64,000 nucleotides of DNA from an uncultured Nesterenkonia sp. (GTDB taxonomy: Bacteria; Actinomycetota; Actinomycetes; Actinomycetales; Micrococcaceae). Where the stretch lies: positions 122,188 to 186,187 of the forward strand of contig CANLUC010000004.1 of NCBI GenBank assembly GCA_947494195.1, read 5' to 3'. The notes under the pieces were generated by a model. It was not told where the DNA came from, ran no database searches, and was given only the letters and a program-made list of their open reading frames with translations. Within the stretch, counting starts at the first letter, position 1. Each line of letters starts with the position of its first letter. Positions 39,801 through 51,956 of the stretch are shown here, piece after piece. Both the position numbers and the translations under genes were made by a program.

Positions 39801-41441
39801 GAGACCCGCCACTCCACCCCCGGCGTCGCACTGGTCTCCCCACCGCCGCACCACGACATCTACTCCATCGAGGATCTCGCCCAGCTGATCTTCGACCTCA
39901 AGCGCGCGAACACCGGCGCCCGGGTCCACGTGAAGCTGGTCTCCCTGCATGGGGTCGGCACCGTGGCGGCCGGCGTGACCAAGGCCAAGGCCGACGTCGT
40001 GCTGATCTCCGGGCACGACGGCGGCACCGGCGCCTCACCGCTGAACTCGCTCAAGCATGCCGGCACCCCCTGGGAGCTCGGTCTGGCCGAGGCGCAGCAG
40101 ACGCTGATGCTCAACGGACTGCGTGAACGCGTGACCGTGCAGGTGGATGGTCAGCTCAAGACCGGTCGCGACGTCGTGATCGCGGCGCTCCTCGGCGCCG
40201 AGGAATACGGCTTCGCCACCGCACCGCTGGTGGTCTCGGGCTGCATCATGATGCGCGTCTGTCACCTGGACACCTGCCCGGTGGGCGTGGCCACGCAGAA
40301 TCCGCTGCTGCGTGAGCGCTATACCGGCAAGGCCGATCACGTGGTCAACTTCTTCGAGTTCGTGGCCCAGGAGGTGCGCGAGTACCTCGCCGAGCTGGGC
40401 TTCCGCAGCCTCGACGAAGCCATCGGCCACATCGACTCGCTGAACATGGACGACGCCAAACGACACTGGAAGTCCGCCGGGCTGAACCTCGGCGCAGTGC
40501 TGGACGGCTACGACCCCAATGATCCGATCACCGCCTCGATGCTCCGCCGGACCCGCGGCCAGGACCATGAGCTGGAGAAGCACTTCGACATGGGCCTGAT
40601 CGAACTGGCCGGATCGGCGATCACCCACGGCGAGAAGGTGCAGATCGAGAAGAAGGTCATCAACACCGACCGCTCGGTGGGCACCATGCTCGGCCACGAA
40701 GTGACCAAGGCGCAGGGGCTCAAGACGCTGGAGAACAACACCATCGTCGTGGAGCTCACCGGTGAGGCCGGCCAGTCCTTGGGCGCATTCCTGCCCCACG
40801 GGATCACCCTGCACCTCTCCGGCGACGCCAACGACTACGTCGGCAAGGGACTCTCCGGCGGTCGCATCATCGCGCATCCGGACCCTTCGGCTCCGCTGGT
40901 CGCAGAGAAGAACGTGATCGCCGGCAATGTGATCGGCTATGGAGCCACCGCCGGTGAGATGTTCCTGCGCGGACAGGTCGGCGAACGCTTCCTGGTGCGC
41001 AACTCCGGCGCCACCGCCGTCGTCGAAGGCATCGGTGACCATGGCTGCGAGTACATGACCGGCGGCCAGGCACTGATCCTCGGACCCACCGGGCGCAACT
41101 TCGGCGCCGGGATGTCCGGCGGCACCGCATTCGTGCTGGACTTCGACGAACAGCGGATGAACTCGCAGGCCCAGCGCAACGGCGACCTGCTGCTGCTGGA
41201 ACCCGATGAGGAGGACCGCGGGATCATCCTTGACCTTCTGCGCCGCCATCAGGAGGAGACCGGCAGTGCGGTGGCCGAGGCCCTGCTGAACGACCCCGAG
41301 AAGACCTATGCGCGGATCACCAAGGTGCTCCCGCGTGACTACGACGCCGTGCTGAGCGCCCGTTCCAGCGCCCTCGACGAGGGGCTGGATCCCGATGGCG
41401 ATGCAGCATGGCAGAAGATTCTGGAGGCGACCCGTGGCTGA
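36804..41441 (+). CDS. gltB: Glutamate synthase large subunit
   Basis: Ntn amidotransferase Cys after a propeptide (HENCGMAAV), plus FMN, Fe-S and GXGXG domains. 1545 aa. Confidence 0.98.
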   Translation: MSTLESFEAALGADALKVTSPYQRFAAFPEKAGLYDPANEHENCGMAAVATLRGTPGHDIVDHALVALRNLEHRGAVGGDVGTGDGAGLLTQIPDEFFRAVTEFDLPAAGEYLAGTAFLPQSEAERETMCASFEDLAIEQGLKVLGWRDVPVDASMIGTLAKESMPFFRQVFLGAADEDSFEFQDSASGSLDQRGWRLRKRGQNRLGVYFPSLSSKTITYKGMLTTAQLEPFFPDLSDERFKTTLGIVHSRFSTNTFPSWPLAQPLRNIAHNGEINTVKGNRNWMRARQSMMASELLGEDPESLFPICTPGASDSTSFDEAAELLMLSGRPLAQSMRMMIPEAWENHETMDPGLRAFYQYHAQLMEAWDGPAAIAFTDGQQVGAMLDRNGLRPARYWVTDDGLVVMSSEVGVIDLEPSSIVRKGRVAPGMMLLLDTVEGRIIEDEEIKADLASSAPWADWVKDNLVELADLPERLHVRHPSESVRLRQQTFGYTHEELRILIGPMATAGAEPLGAMGTDTPIAVLADRPRLLFDYFVQTFAQVTNPPLDAIREELVTSLGLHIGPSGNLLSNEQVKSKQVALDFPVINNDELAKIANIRNDEGAKIALKVRALYRAGSREEELRQRIREICEKVSAAVNRGVSYIVISDRDSNAQWAPIPSLLMLSAIHHHLLKSANRTRVSLVVEAGDVREVHHVACLIGYGAAAVNPYLAMETAEDMVRRSEISGVSEEQAVHNLLTALGKGVLKIMSKMGISTVASYCGAQTFEAVGLAQNVVDQYFSGTHSPMGGVGLDVLCDETLQRHSRAYPADGNDLGRGDELEIGGEYQWRREGPPHLFNPQTVFKLQHSTKTRRYDIFKQYTKSVDDQSEALLTLRGLFKLTAQREPVPIEEVESVGEIVKRFNTGAMSYGSISQEAHETLAIAMNRLGGRSNTGEGGEHPARLEDPERRSAVKQIASGRFGVTSQYLTHADDLQIKMAQGAKPGEGGQLMGKKVYPWVAETRHSTPGVALVSPPPHHDIYSIEDLAQLIFDLKRANTGARVHVKLVSLHGVGTVAAGVTKAKADVVLISGHDGGTGASPLNSLKHAGTPWELGLAEAQQTLMLNGLRERVTVQVDGQLKTGRDVVIAALLGAEEYGFATAPLVVSGCIMMRVCHLDTCPVGVATQNPLLRERYTGKADHVVNFFEFVAQEVREYLAELGFRSLDEAIGHIDSLNMDDAKRHWKSAGLNLGAVLDGYDPNDPITASMLRRTRGQDHELEKHFDMGLIELAGSAITHGEKVQIEKKVINTDRSVGTMLGHEVTKAQGLKTLENNTIVVELTGEAGQSLGAFLPHGITLHLSGDANDYVGKGLSGGRIIAHPDPSAPLVAEKNVIAGNVIGYGATAGEMFLRGQVGERFLVRNSGATAVVEGIGDHGCEYMTGGQALILGPTGRNFGAGMSGGTAFVLDFDEQRMNSQAQRNGDLLLLEPDEEDRGIILDLLRRHQEETGSAVAEALLNDPEKTYARITKVLPRDYDAVLSARSSALDEGLDPDGDAAWQKILEATRG

Positions 41442-42900
41442 TCCCCGTGGATTCATGAAGCATCGAGACCGGCAAGGCAGGCCTTCTCGCCCCGTCCCCG
41501 TGCGCATCATGGACTTCAACGAGGTCTATGAGCGCAACGAGCGCGGCATCGTGCAGACCCAGGCGAGCCGCTGCATGGACTGCGGCATCCCGTTCTGCCA
41601 CACCGGCTGCCCGCTGGGGAACCTGATTCCCGAGTGGAACGACCTGATCTGGCGCGACCAGTGGGAGGAAGCCTCCTCTCGGCTGCATATGACCAACAAC
41701 TTCCCAGAGTTCACCGGACGCATCTGCCCGGCGCCCTGTGAGACCTCCTGCGTGCTCGGCATCAACCAGCCCGCGGTCACCATCAAGCAGTCCGAGGTCG
41801 CCATCGCGGATGAGGCGATCGCTCGCGGCTATGTCGAGCCCGTGCTGCCCCAGCGGCTCACCGGCAAGACCGTGGCCGTGGTCGGCTCCGGGCCGGCGGG
41901 TCTCGCGGCAGCCCAGCAGCTGACCCGCGCCGGACACACCGTGGCCGTCTACGAGCGCGATGACCGGCTCGGCGGGCTGCTGCGCTACGGCATCCCGGAC
42001 TTCAAGATGGAGAAGCATCACGTCGAGTTCCGCATCGATCAGATGCGCGCCGAGGGGACGCGGTTCTACACCTCCACCGAGATCGGCGCCGACATCACCT
42101 GGGATGCACTGGAGGCCAGCTACGACGCGGTCATCCTGGCCACCGGCGCCATGGTCCCGCGCAACCTCGGGGTCACCGGACGCGAACTCTCCGGCGTGCA
42201 CTTCGCGATGGAGTACCTGGTGCAGTCGAACAAGGCGACCTCCGGCGATGAGGTCACCGATCAGATCCACGCCGAGGGCAAGCACGTCGTCATCCTCGGT
42301 GGCGGTGACACCGGCGCCGACTGCATCGGCACCGCCCACCGTCACGGAGCGAAGTCGGTGACCACCCTGGCCATCGGCAAGGAGCTCCCCGGCGAGCGTC
42401 CCGAACATGAGCCCTGGCCCATGGACCCGCGCGTCTTCGAACTCACCAGCGCCGATGAAGAGGGTGGGGAGCGCAGCTACCTGGCCTCCACCGTCGAATT
42501 CCTCAGCGACGACGCAGGCCGGGTCCGCGCCCTGCAGGTCGCCGAGACCCAGTACAACCCGGACGGCTCACGCTCACCGAAGCCCGGCACCGAGCGGGAG
42601 ATCCCCGCGGACCTGGTGCTCCTGGCGCTGGGCTTCACCGGGGCAGAATCGGACACGCTGACCGGTCAGCTGGGCCTGGACTTCGACAAGCGCGGCAACA
42701 TCACCCGCGCCGAGGACTACCAGACTTCGGTCGAGGGCGTCTTCGCCGTGGGCGATGCCGGACGCGGTGCCTCACTGGTCGTCTGGGCCATCGCTGAAGG
42801 CCGTGCGGCCGCCGCGAAGGTCGACGAGTATCTCGAGGGGGAGACCCGCCTGCCGGCTCCGGTCAAGCCCTCGGATCGTGCGATTTCGCTCACAGGCTGA
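41434..42900 (+). CDS. gltD: Glutamate synthase small subunit (NADPH)
   Basis: [14 protein letters not shown]-terminus, Cys clusters [11 protein letters not shown] and [26 protein letters not shown] 41434 overlaps gltB by 8 nt. Confidence 0.93.
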   Translation: MADPRGFMKHRDRQGRPSRPVPVRIMDFNEVYERNERGIVQTQASRCMDCGIPFCHTGCPLGNLIPEWNDLIWRDQWEEASSRLHMTNNFPEFTGRICPAPCETSCVLGINQPAVTIKQSEVAIADEAIARGYVEPVLPQRLTGKTVAVVGSGPAGLAAAQQLTRAGHTVAVYERDDRLGGLLRYGIPDFKMEKHHVEFRIDQMRAEGTRFYTSTEIGADITWDALEASYDAVILATGAMVPRNLGVTGRELSGVHFAMEYLVQSNKATSGDEVTDQIHAEGKHVVILGGGDTGADCIGTAHRHGAKSVTTLAIGKELPGERPEHEPWPMDPRVFELTSADEEGGERSYLASTVEFLSDDAGRVRALQVAETQYNPDGSRSPKPGTEREIPADLVLLALGFTGAESDTLTGQLGLDFDKRGNITRAEDYQTSVEGVFAVGDAGRGASLVVWAIAEGRAAAAKVDEYLEGETRLPAPVKPSDRAISLTG

Positions 42901-42992
42901 CTGTTATAGGCTCGGAGAAACAGGTCCTGGTCCAGTGTCGTGCCAGTCCATCAGCAACGCTTAGCAGCAATGAAGATAGGACAGAGTAAGAC

Positions 42993-44507
42993 ATGAGACA
43001 CGCCAAAATCGTTGCCACATTCGGCCCCGCCACAGCAGGCTATGAGACGACCCGCCGACTCATCGAGGCCGGCGTCGACGTCGCCCGTGTGAACATGAGC
43101 CACGGTGACTACAGCGTCCATGAGGACACCTACAACACCGTGCGCGAGGTCTCCAAGGACCTGCGCACCGCAGTGGGCATCTTCGCGGACCTGCAGGGCC
43201 CCAAGATCCGCCTCGGACGGTTCATCGAGGGCGAGCACTACCTCGACGTCGGGGATCGCTTCACGATCACCGTCGACGACATCCAGGGCACCAAGGACCG
43301 CTGCTCGACCACGTTCAAGGGCCTGCCCGGAGACGTCAACGTCGGCGACACGCTGCTCATCGACGACGGCAAGGTCTCGCTGCGCGCCATCGAGGTCACC
43401 GGGACCGACGTCATCACCGAGGTCGAGGTGCCGGGCAAGGTCTCCAACAACAAGGGCATCAACCTTCCCGGCGTGGCCGTCTCGGTCCCGGCGCTCTCCG
43501 AGAAGGACGAAGAGGACCTGCGCTGGGCGCTGCGCACCGGGTTCGACATGGTCGCGCTCTCCTTCGTCCGCGACGCCGCCGACATCGAGGCAGTCCACCG
43601 GATCATGGATGAAGAGGGACGCCGCGTCCCCGTCATCGCCAAGGTGGAGAAGCCCCAGGCGGTGGAGTCGCTGCAGGATGTGGTCGACGCGTTCGACGCC
43701 GTCATGGTCGCCCGCGGTGACCTCGGCGTGGAGCTGCCGCTGGAAGAGGTTCCGCTGGTGCAGAAGCGCGCCGTGGAGCTCGCCCGCCGCTGGGCCAAGC
43801 CGGTCATCGTCGCCACCCAGGTGCTCGAGTCCATGATCGAGAGCCCCCGGCCCACGCGCGCCGAGGCTTCCGACTGCGCCAACGCCGTGCTCGACGGCGC
43901 GGATGCGGTCATGCTCTCCGGCGAGACCTCCGTGGGCAAGTACCCGGTGGAGACCGTGGAGACCATGTCCCGCATCATCGAGACCACCGAGTCCAAGGGT
44001 CTGAGCCGCATTCCCGAGCTCGGCACCCGTCCGAAGACCCGCGGCGGCGCCATCACCCGTGCCGCCAAGGAGATCGCGGATCAGCTGGACATCGCCCACC
44101 TGACCACGTTCACCCGCTCCGGAGACTCCGCCCGTCGGCTCTCCCGGCTCCGGCCCAAGCAGAACATCTTCGCGTTCACACACGTGGAGCACACGCACAA
44201 CATCCTGACGCTGTCCTGGGGCGTGCAGCCCCGCTGGGTGGAGTTCGCGACCCACACCGACACCATGACGGCCCAGGTCGACAAGCTGCTGCTCGAAGAG
44301 GGCGCGGCCGAGCTGGGCGAACTTGTGGTCATCGCCGCCGGTTCCCCTCCAGGACAGGCAGGCACCACGAACATGGTCAAAGTGCACCGCATCGGCGATC
44401 TGCACGACTCCGGTGACATCGAGACCCTGCGTCGCGGCGACACGGCTCCGCCGAACAAGGAGCCCGTCGGACCCTGGCCAGCCGCAAGCGCCTCCAGCGC
44501 GGGCTGA
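42993..44507 (+). CDS. pyk: Pyruvate kinase
   Basis: KIVATFGPAT, NMSHG, MVARGDLGVELP, ATQVLESM. A short extra Pro/Ala C-tail. Confidence 0.96.
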   Translation: MRHAKIVATFGPATAGYETTRRLIEAGVDVARVNMSHGDYSVHEDTYNTVREVSKDLRTAVGIFADLQGPKIRLGRFIEGEHYLDVGDRFTITVDDIQGTKDRCSTTFKGLPGDVNVGDTLLIDDGKVSLRAIEVTGTDVITEVEVPGKVSNNKGINLPGVAVSVPALSEKDEEDLRWALRTGFDMVALSFVRDAADIEAVHRIMDEEGRRVPVIAKVEKPQAVESLQDVVDAFDAVMVARGDLGVELPLEEVPLVQKRAVELARRWAKPVIVATQVLESMIESPRPTRAEASDCANAVLDGADAVMLSGETSVGKYPVETVETMSRIIETTESKGLSRIPELGTRPKTRGGAITRAAKEIADQLDIAHLTTFTRSGDSARRLSRLRPKQNIFAFTHVEHTHNILTLSWGVQPRWVEFATHTDTMTAQVDKLLLEEGAAELGELVVIAAGSPPGQAGTTNMVKVHRIGDLHDSGDIETLRRGDTAPPNKEPVGPWPAASASSAG

Positions 44508-44545
44508 ACCACTCGACAGACTGCCCGGCGAAGGCCAGGTAGGAT

Positions 44546-44587
44546 GATGCTGTCCTCGGACGCCACATCGGCACCGAGGGCAGCATC
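44546..44587 (+). terminator. Hairpin downstream of pyk
   Basis: 14-bp stem GATGCTGTCCTCGG / CCGAGGGCAGCATC (one G-U pair). No clear T tract. Confidence 0.4.
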
Positions 44588-44617
44588 GCTGAGTCCGGCG
44601 CAGACCGGCCCAGCACA

Positions 44618-44701
44618 GCCCGAATGGCGGAATCGGTAGACGCGCCGCACTCAAAATGCGGTACCACTGGTGTGTGGGTTCGAGTCCCACTTCGGGCACC
44701 A
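44618..44701 (+). tRNA. tRNA-Leu(CAA), CCA encoded
   Basis: Acceptor GCCCGAA/TTCGGGC, anticodon loop CTCAAAA, long variable arm, T-arm GTGGGTTCGAGTCCCAC, then ACCA. Confidence 0.92.
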
Positions 44702-44729
44702 CGATCGACAAGGGACCAGAAGGAGAACG

Positions 44730-45470
44730 GTGAGCGAACAGACTCAGTCCGGCGGCGCTGGTGCCCCCGAGGAAGCACCCGCAGCAGCAACCCCGGCGTC
44801 GGCAGCCCCGGCACCCCAGCCGACCCCGGCCACAGCGTCCCAGCCGGCGCCACTCGCCGCGTCCCAGGAGACGCCTCAGGAGCAGGCCCCTGAGGGACAG
44901 ACGCCGCGCCGCGTGCTGGTCGCCGAGGACGAGACGCTGATCAGGCTGGACATCGTAGAGATCCTCGCCGGAGCCGGCTACGAGGTCGTCGGCGAGGCAG
45001 ACAACGGCGAACGAGCCGTGGAGCTCGCCCGAGAGACCGAGCCCGATCTGGTCGTGATGGACGTCAAGATGCCCATCATGGACGGCATCTCTGCCGCGAA
45101 GATCATCGCCGAGGAGCGGATCGCGCCCGTCGTGATGCTGACCGCCTTCTCGCAGCGCGACCTCGTCGAATCTGCGCGCGAGGCGGGCGCGATGGCGTAC
45201 GTGGTCAAACCCTTCACCGAGAATGACCTGATCCCGGCCGTGGAAGTCGCCATGGCGCGCTTCGATGAGATCCGGGCCCTGGAGGACGAGGTCACCTCGC
45301 TCGCCGACAAGTTCGAGACGCGCAAGCTCGTGGAGCGCGCCAAGTCGCTGCTCACCACGAAGATGGGCCTCTCCGAGCCGGAGGCCTTCCGCTGGATCCA
45401 GAAGACCTCGATGGACCGCCGACTCTCCATGCGAGAGGTCGCCGAGACGGTCGTCGACCAGATGGGCTGA
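44730..45470 (+). CDS. pdtaR: ANTAR-domain response regulator (PdtaR-like) with a Pro/Ala/Gln-rich N-terminal extension
   Basis: GTG 44730 lies 5 nt after SD AAGGAG. REC domain RVLVAEDE..DLVVMDVKMP. ANTAR domain KLVERAKSLLTTKMGLSEPEAFRWIQKTSMDRRLSMREVAE. Confidence 0.85.
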   Translation: MSEQTQSGGAGAPEEAPAAATPASAAPAPQPTPATASQPAPLAASQETPQEQAPEGQTPRRVLVAEDETLIRLDIVEILAGAGYEVVGEADNGERAVELARETEPDLVVMDVKMPIMDGISAAKIIAEERIAPVVMLTAFSQRDLVESAREAGAMAYVVKPFTENDLIPAVEVAMARFDEIRALEDEVTSLADKFETRKLVERAKSLLTTKMGLSEPEAFRWIQKTSMDRRLSMREVAETVVDQMG

Positions 45471-45485
45471 CTACCTCCGTTTCCC

Positions 45486-45570
45486 GTTGAGGGGCGGATT
45501 CTCCGACTAGTTGAAGCTGTTTTCGGCCTCAGATGCTCCGAGAATCCGTCCCTCAGTGCGTGGGAGGGGG
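45486..45570. repeat. Palindromic intergenic element, copy 1 (degenerate right arm)
   Basis: Left arm GTTGAGGGGCGGATTCTCCG 45486-45505, 32-nt spacer, right arm CCGAGAATCCGTCCCTCAGT 45538-45557, G-rich tail GCGTGGGAGGGGG to 45570. Confidence 0.85.
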
Positions 45571-45571
45571 T

Positions 45572-45892
45572 TCACATCTCGAAATAGAACTGGTGGTGGG
45601 CCGCGCAGCCCGGGTTGAACGGCGCCGCACAGGACCTGCATTGCTCGGCCACGAGGTATTCGTCGATGCTGAACCGCCGGCGGCAGACCCCGCAGAGCAG
45701 AGCGAGCTCGGTCCGGCGCCCCAGCGGCCAGCGTCTGATCGGATGCGCCTCGGTCTCCTGATGGCACTTGAGGCAGGGATACCAGCGGTCACAGCAGAAG
45801 AACCTGATCGCGACGACGTCCAGCGGTCCGGCGTAGTGCCGACAGCGGGTCTGGTCGTCCACTGCTGGGCCGCGGATCTGAGCTTCCTCCAT
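45572..45892 (-). CDS. CHY-type zinc-finger protein
   Basis: RCRHY..FFCCDRWYPCLKCHQE..H..LCGVC..CRSCAAPFNPGCAAHHQFYF is the zf-CHY Cys/His pattern. Start taken at MEEAQIRG (45892); an upstream in-frame ATG at 45958 is possible. Confidence 0.8.
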   Translation of the reverse strand: MEEAQIRGPAVDDQTRCRHYAGPLDVVAIRFFCCDRWYPCLKCHQETEAHPIRRWPLGRRTELALLCGVCRRRFSIDEYLVAEQCRSCAAPFNPGCAAHHQFYFEM

Positions 45893-45966
45893 GATCCCGA
45901 GGCTATCCGACCCCTGCCGCGCCCCTCGCGCTGAGCCCACCCCTCGGGCCGAGCTCACCCCTCCCC

Positions 45967-46067
45967 GTTGAGCGGCGGATTTTCCGAGTATTTGATGCGT
46001 TTTTGGCCCTAGATGCTCGGAGAATCCGCCGCTCAGCGCAGGTGGGGCCGCCGCTCAGCGCAGGTGG
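45967..46067. repeat. Palindromic intergenic element, copy 2 (right end tandemly duplicated)
   Basis: Left arm GTTGAGCGGCGGATTTTCCG 45967-45986, 31-nt spacer, right arm CGGAGAATCCGCCGCTCAGC 46018-46037. CCGCCGCTCAGCGCAGGTGG occurs twice (46026-46045 and 46048-46067). Confidence 0.85.
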
Positions 46068-46186
46068 AATTACCCGCTCTGCGCAGGGGAATCACCGCAT
46101 CCCTGCACCCCAGTGGAATTCTGCATGGTGAGACGAGCAGCGGTGCGGGTGCGCTGGGACACCTTCTCAGGCATAGAATTCAGAAC

Positions 46187-47962
<1,776 letters not shown>

Positions 47963-48073
47963 ACCGCGGCCACGGTGCGGCGGCCCACTGTCGGGTCGCC
48001 GCTCCGCACCGAGGTCTTCCACCATGTGAGACGGGCATGTGGGATGTTGACACGGATCACAGCCCGCGGAAGC

Positions 48074-48139
48074 ATGGACGCCATGCGTCAACTACTAGCG
48101 GTAGTACCCGTAACCGCCGCCGGGGGAAGTGTGGAGTGA
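48074..48139 (+). CDS. Candidate ilvBNC leader peptide (21 codons)
   Basis: SD-like GGAAG sits 2-3 nt upstream of the ATG. Peptide [21 protein letters not shown]. Leu and Val are encoded by CTA CTA .. GTA GTA .. GTA, codons otherwise avoided in this GC-rich sequence. The stop is embedded in the inverted repeat GTGTGGA-GTGA-TCCACAC. Confidence 0.55.
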   Translation: MDAMRQLLAVVPVTAAGGSVE

Positions 48140-48219
48140 TCCACACACCCCAGCTCGGCCGCTCGAGAGCCTCGCACGGGGCCGCCGAACGGTTGAACTG
48201 GAGCTGACGCAGACGCTCA

Positions 48220-48265
48220 CCCCGGCAGAGAGCCCCACAGAGGCTTATCAGCCGGGGTTTTCTCT
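48220..48265 (+). terminator. Candidate attenuator terminator upstream of ilvB
   Basis: CCCCGGC (48220-48226) .. GCCGGGG (48251-48257) with inner AGCC/GGCT pairing, followed by TTTTCTCTT. Confidence 0.55.
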
Positions 48266-48338
48266 TGACCGGAGTGGATTCTCCACGGACCAGAGACTTC
48301 TTGGACCAGCAATTCGGGAACCAGAGACTGAGGAAAAG

Positions 48339-50216
48339 ATGAGCAATCTGACAGCCACGAGCCCAGCGCTGCTGGGCTCGAAAGCAACCAGCAGCGCCGC
48401 TGGAACCTCCGCCGATCAGCGACTCTACGGCCCCGGCCGCACGGTGGAGCCGGTAGCGGTCACGGGCTCCCAGTCGATCATTCGCAGCCTCGAAGAGCTG
48501 GGTGTGACAGACGTCTTCGGCATCCCCGGGGGCGCGATCCTGCCCACCTATGACCCGCTGATGGACTCCGAACAGATCAACCACATCCTGGTGCGCCATG
48601 AGCAGGGCGGCGGACACGCGGCTCAGGGATACGCCATGGTCACCGGTCAGGTGGGCGTCTGCTTCGCCACCTCCGGCCCCGGTGCCACGAACCTGGTGAC
48701 CCCGCTGGCCGATGCCCACATGGACTCGGTCCCCATGGTGGCGATCACCGGACAGGTCAACGCCTCCGTCATCGGCACCGACGCCTTCCAGGAAGCCGAC
48801 ATCGTCGGAATCTCCACACCGATCACCAAGCATTCCTACCTCGTCACCGACGCCGACCAGATTCCTCGCGTGATGGCCGAGGCCTTCCACCTGGCATCCT
48901 CAGGCCGCCCCGGCCCCGTGCTGGTGGACATCACCAAATCCGCGCAGGCGGCGCAGACCACCTTCTCCTGGCCCCCGAAGATCGAGCTCAACGGGTACCG
49001 CCCGGTCACCCGCGGCCACTCCAAGCAGATCCGTGAGGCCGCGAAGCTCATCCAGGGCGCCTCCCGGCCGGTGTTCTACATCGGCGGCGGCATGATCAAG
49101 GCCGAGGCCTCCGCGGAGTTCCACGCGCTGGCGGAGACGGTCGGGGCGCCGGTGGTCAACACGCTGATGGCCCGCGGCGCCTTCCCGGACTCGCACCAGC
49201 AGAACCTCGGCATGCCGGGCATGCATGGCACGGTCTCCGCCGTCGCCGCGCTGCAGCGCTCCGACCTGCTGATCACCCTCGGAGCGCGCTTCGATGACCG
49301 GGTCACCGGTCAGCTGGAGAGCTTCGCCCCGGATGCAAAGGTGATCCACGCCGACATCGACCCGGCGGAGATCTCGAAGAACCGCGCAGCCGATGTGCCC
49401 ATCGTCGGCTCGCTCAAGGAGATCGTGCCCGAGCTGACCACTGCCTTCGACGCTCTGGTCGCCAAGCACGGCCGCACCGATCTCACCGCCTGGTGGAAGC
49501 AGCTGAACCACTTCCGCAAGACCTACCCGCTGGGCTACACCGCCCCCGAGGACGGGCAGATCGCTCCGCAGCAGGTCATCGAGAAGATCAACCAGGCCGC
49601 CGGTCCCGAGGCCGTCTACGTGGCCGGGGTCGGACAGCACCAGATGTGGTCCTCGCAGTTCGTGAAGTACGAGCGTCCCCGACAGTGGCTGAACTCCGGC
49701 GGGCTGGGCACCATGGGCTACGCCGTGCCCGCCGCCATGGGCGCCCAGGTCGGCAATCCGGACCGGGTGGTCTGGGCCATCGACGGTGACGGCTGCTTCC
49801 AGATGACCAATCAGGAGCTCGCCACCTGCGCGATCAACAAGATCCCGATCAAGGTCGCGATCATCAACAACTCCTCGCTGGGCATGGTGCGCCAGTGGCA
49901 GACCCTGTTCTACGAGTCGCGCTACTCCAACACCCACCTGAACACCTCGCAGACTGCCGCCGGGGGAGAGGTCGTACGCATCCCGGACTTCCTCAAGCTT
50001 GCCGAGGCCTATGGCTGCGCGGGGCTGCGCTGTGACAAGCCCGAGGACATCGACGCCGTGATCGCCGAGGCCATGTCCATCAATGACCGTCCCGTGGTCG
50101 TGGACTTCGTGGTCTCCCGTGATTCCATGGTGTGGCCGATGGTCCCCGCCGGGGTCTCCAACAGCGACATCCAGTTCGCACACAACCTGACCCCGGAATG
50201 GGACGAGGAGGAGTAG
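48339..50216 (+). CDS. ilvB: Acetolactate synthase large subunit
   Basis: ATG 48339 after [21 protein letters not shown] and the TPP motif [24 protein letters not shown]. Confidence 0.95.
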   Translation: MSNLTATSPALLGSKATSSAAGTSADQRLYGPGRTVEPVAVTGSQSIIRSLEELGVTDVFGIPGGAILPTYDPLMDSEQINHILVRHEQGGGHAAQGYAMVTGQVGVCFATSGPGATNLVTPLADAHMDSVPMVAITGQVNASVIGTDAFQEADIVGISTPITKHSYLVTDADQIPRVMAEAFHLASSGRPGPVLVDITKSAQAAQTTFSWPPKIELNGYRPVTRGHSKQIREAAKLIQGASRPVFYIGGGMIKAEASAEFHALAETVGAPVVNTLMARGAFPDSHQQNLGMPGMHGTVSAVAALQRSDLLITLGARFDDRVTGQLESFAPDAKVIHADIDPAEISKNRAADVPIVGSLKEIVPELTTAFDALVAKHGRTDLTAWWKQLNHFRKTYPLGYTAPEDGQIAPQQVIEKINQAAGPEAVYVAGVGQHQMWSSQFVKYERPRQWLNSGGLGTMGYAVPAAMGAQVGNPDRVVWAIDGDGCFQMTNQELATCAINKIPIKVAIINNSSLGMVRQWQTLFYESRYSNTHLNTSQTAAGGEVVRIPDFLKLAEAYGCAGLRCDKPEDIDAVIAEAMSINDRPVVVDFVVSRDSMVWPMVPAGVSNSDIQFAHNLTPEWDEEE

Positions 50217-50219
50217 AGC

Positions 50220-50753
50220 ATGGCTACCACTGACATCGCCTCAGCCGCCCAGCCACGCACGCTCTCGGTGCTGGTCGAGGACGTCCCCGGCGTGCTGACC
50301 AAGGTCTCCGGACTCTTCGCCCGCCGCGCGTTCAACATCCACTCGCTGGCTGTGGGCCCCTCCGAGCTGCCCGGACTGAGCCGGATCACCATCGTGGTGC
50401 ACGCCGACTCGGTGCTGCTGGAGCAGATCACGAAACAGCTGAACAAGCTGATCAATGTCATCAAGATCATCGAGCTGGCACCGGAGAACTCGGTCCAGCG
50501 CGAACACCTGCTGATCAAGGTCAAGGCTGACTCGCCCACCCGTCTGCAGGTCACCCAGGCCGTCGAGCTCTTCCGCGCCAAGATCGTGGACGTCTCCGTG
50601 GACTCACTCACCGTTGAGGCCACCGGCGCGCCTGACAAGCTCAACGCCCTTCTGGACGTCCTGGAGCCCTTCGGGGTCCGCGAGATCGTGCGATCCGGCA
50701 CGCTCGGGATATCCCGCGGCGCGAAGTCCATGACGGACAGAGCCCTGCGCTGA
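50220..50753 (+). CDS. ilvN: Acetolactate synthase small (regulatory) subunit
   Basis: ACT domain RTLSVLVEDVPGVLTKVSGLFARRAFNIHSLAV. Confidence 0.95.
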   Translation: MATTDIASAAQPRTLSVLVEDVPGVLTKVSGLFARRAFNIHSLAVGPSELPGLSRITIVVHADSVLLEQITKQLNKLINVIKIIELAPENSVQREHLLIKVKADSPTRLQVTQAVELFRAKIVDVSVDSLTVEATGAPDKLNALLDVLEPFGVREIVRSGTLGISRGAKSMTDRALR

Positions 50754-50801
50754 ACATGGCTTGAAGAACACTGACCTGACAACCACCCATTTCCAACTTG
50801 A

Positions 50802-51839
<1,038 letters not shown>

Positions 51840-51845
51840 GTCACT

Positions 51846-51892
51846 ACGGTGAGCGGGGTGGGCCATCGCCGCCCGCCCCGCTCACCGTCTTC
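51846..51892 (+). terminator. Hairpin terminator after ilvC
   Basis: 13-bp perfect stem ACGGTGAGCGGGG / CCCCGCTCACCGT followed by CTTC. Confidence 0.55.
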
Positions 51893-51956
51893 GCGTGCAC
51901 CGATCAACGCACAGAGCCGCTGCCCCCAAGCCGCGCCAGACCATGAACAGGACACC

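Noticed and set aside
37437-40016. Very long antisense or alternative-frame ORFs, for example 37437-40016(-), 9569-11224(-), 46070-48091(-), 6582-7697(-) and 17364-18746(+).
   Set aside because: They lie entirely within well-supported genes on the other strand or frame. They translate to Arg/Gly/Ala/His-rich low-complexity sequence with no recognisable motifs. These are typical high-GC open-frame artefacts.
46013-46186. Upstream extensions of track ORFs: ilvD from 46013, ilvB from 48129, serA from 51849, trpA from 34262, the Trp membrane protein from 30741 and gltD from 41395.
   Set aside because: The extensions overlap a repeat element, a leader/attenuator or the preceding gene. They carry no family-typical sequence. 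Internal starts with an SD or stop-start overlap give canonical N-termini.
48271-48290. A possible fifth, partial copy of the element arm (GGAGTGGATTCTCCACGG) in the ilvB leader.
   Set aside because: Only about 11 nt resemble the arm, there is no partner arm or G-rich tail, and it forms its own small palindrome (GTGGA/TCCAC). Probably coincidence.
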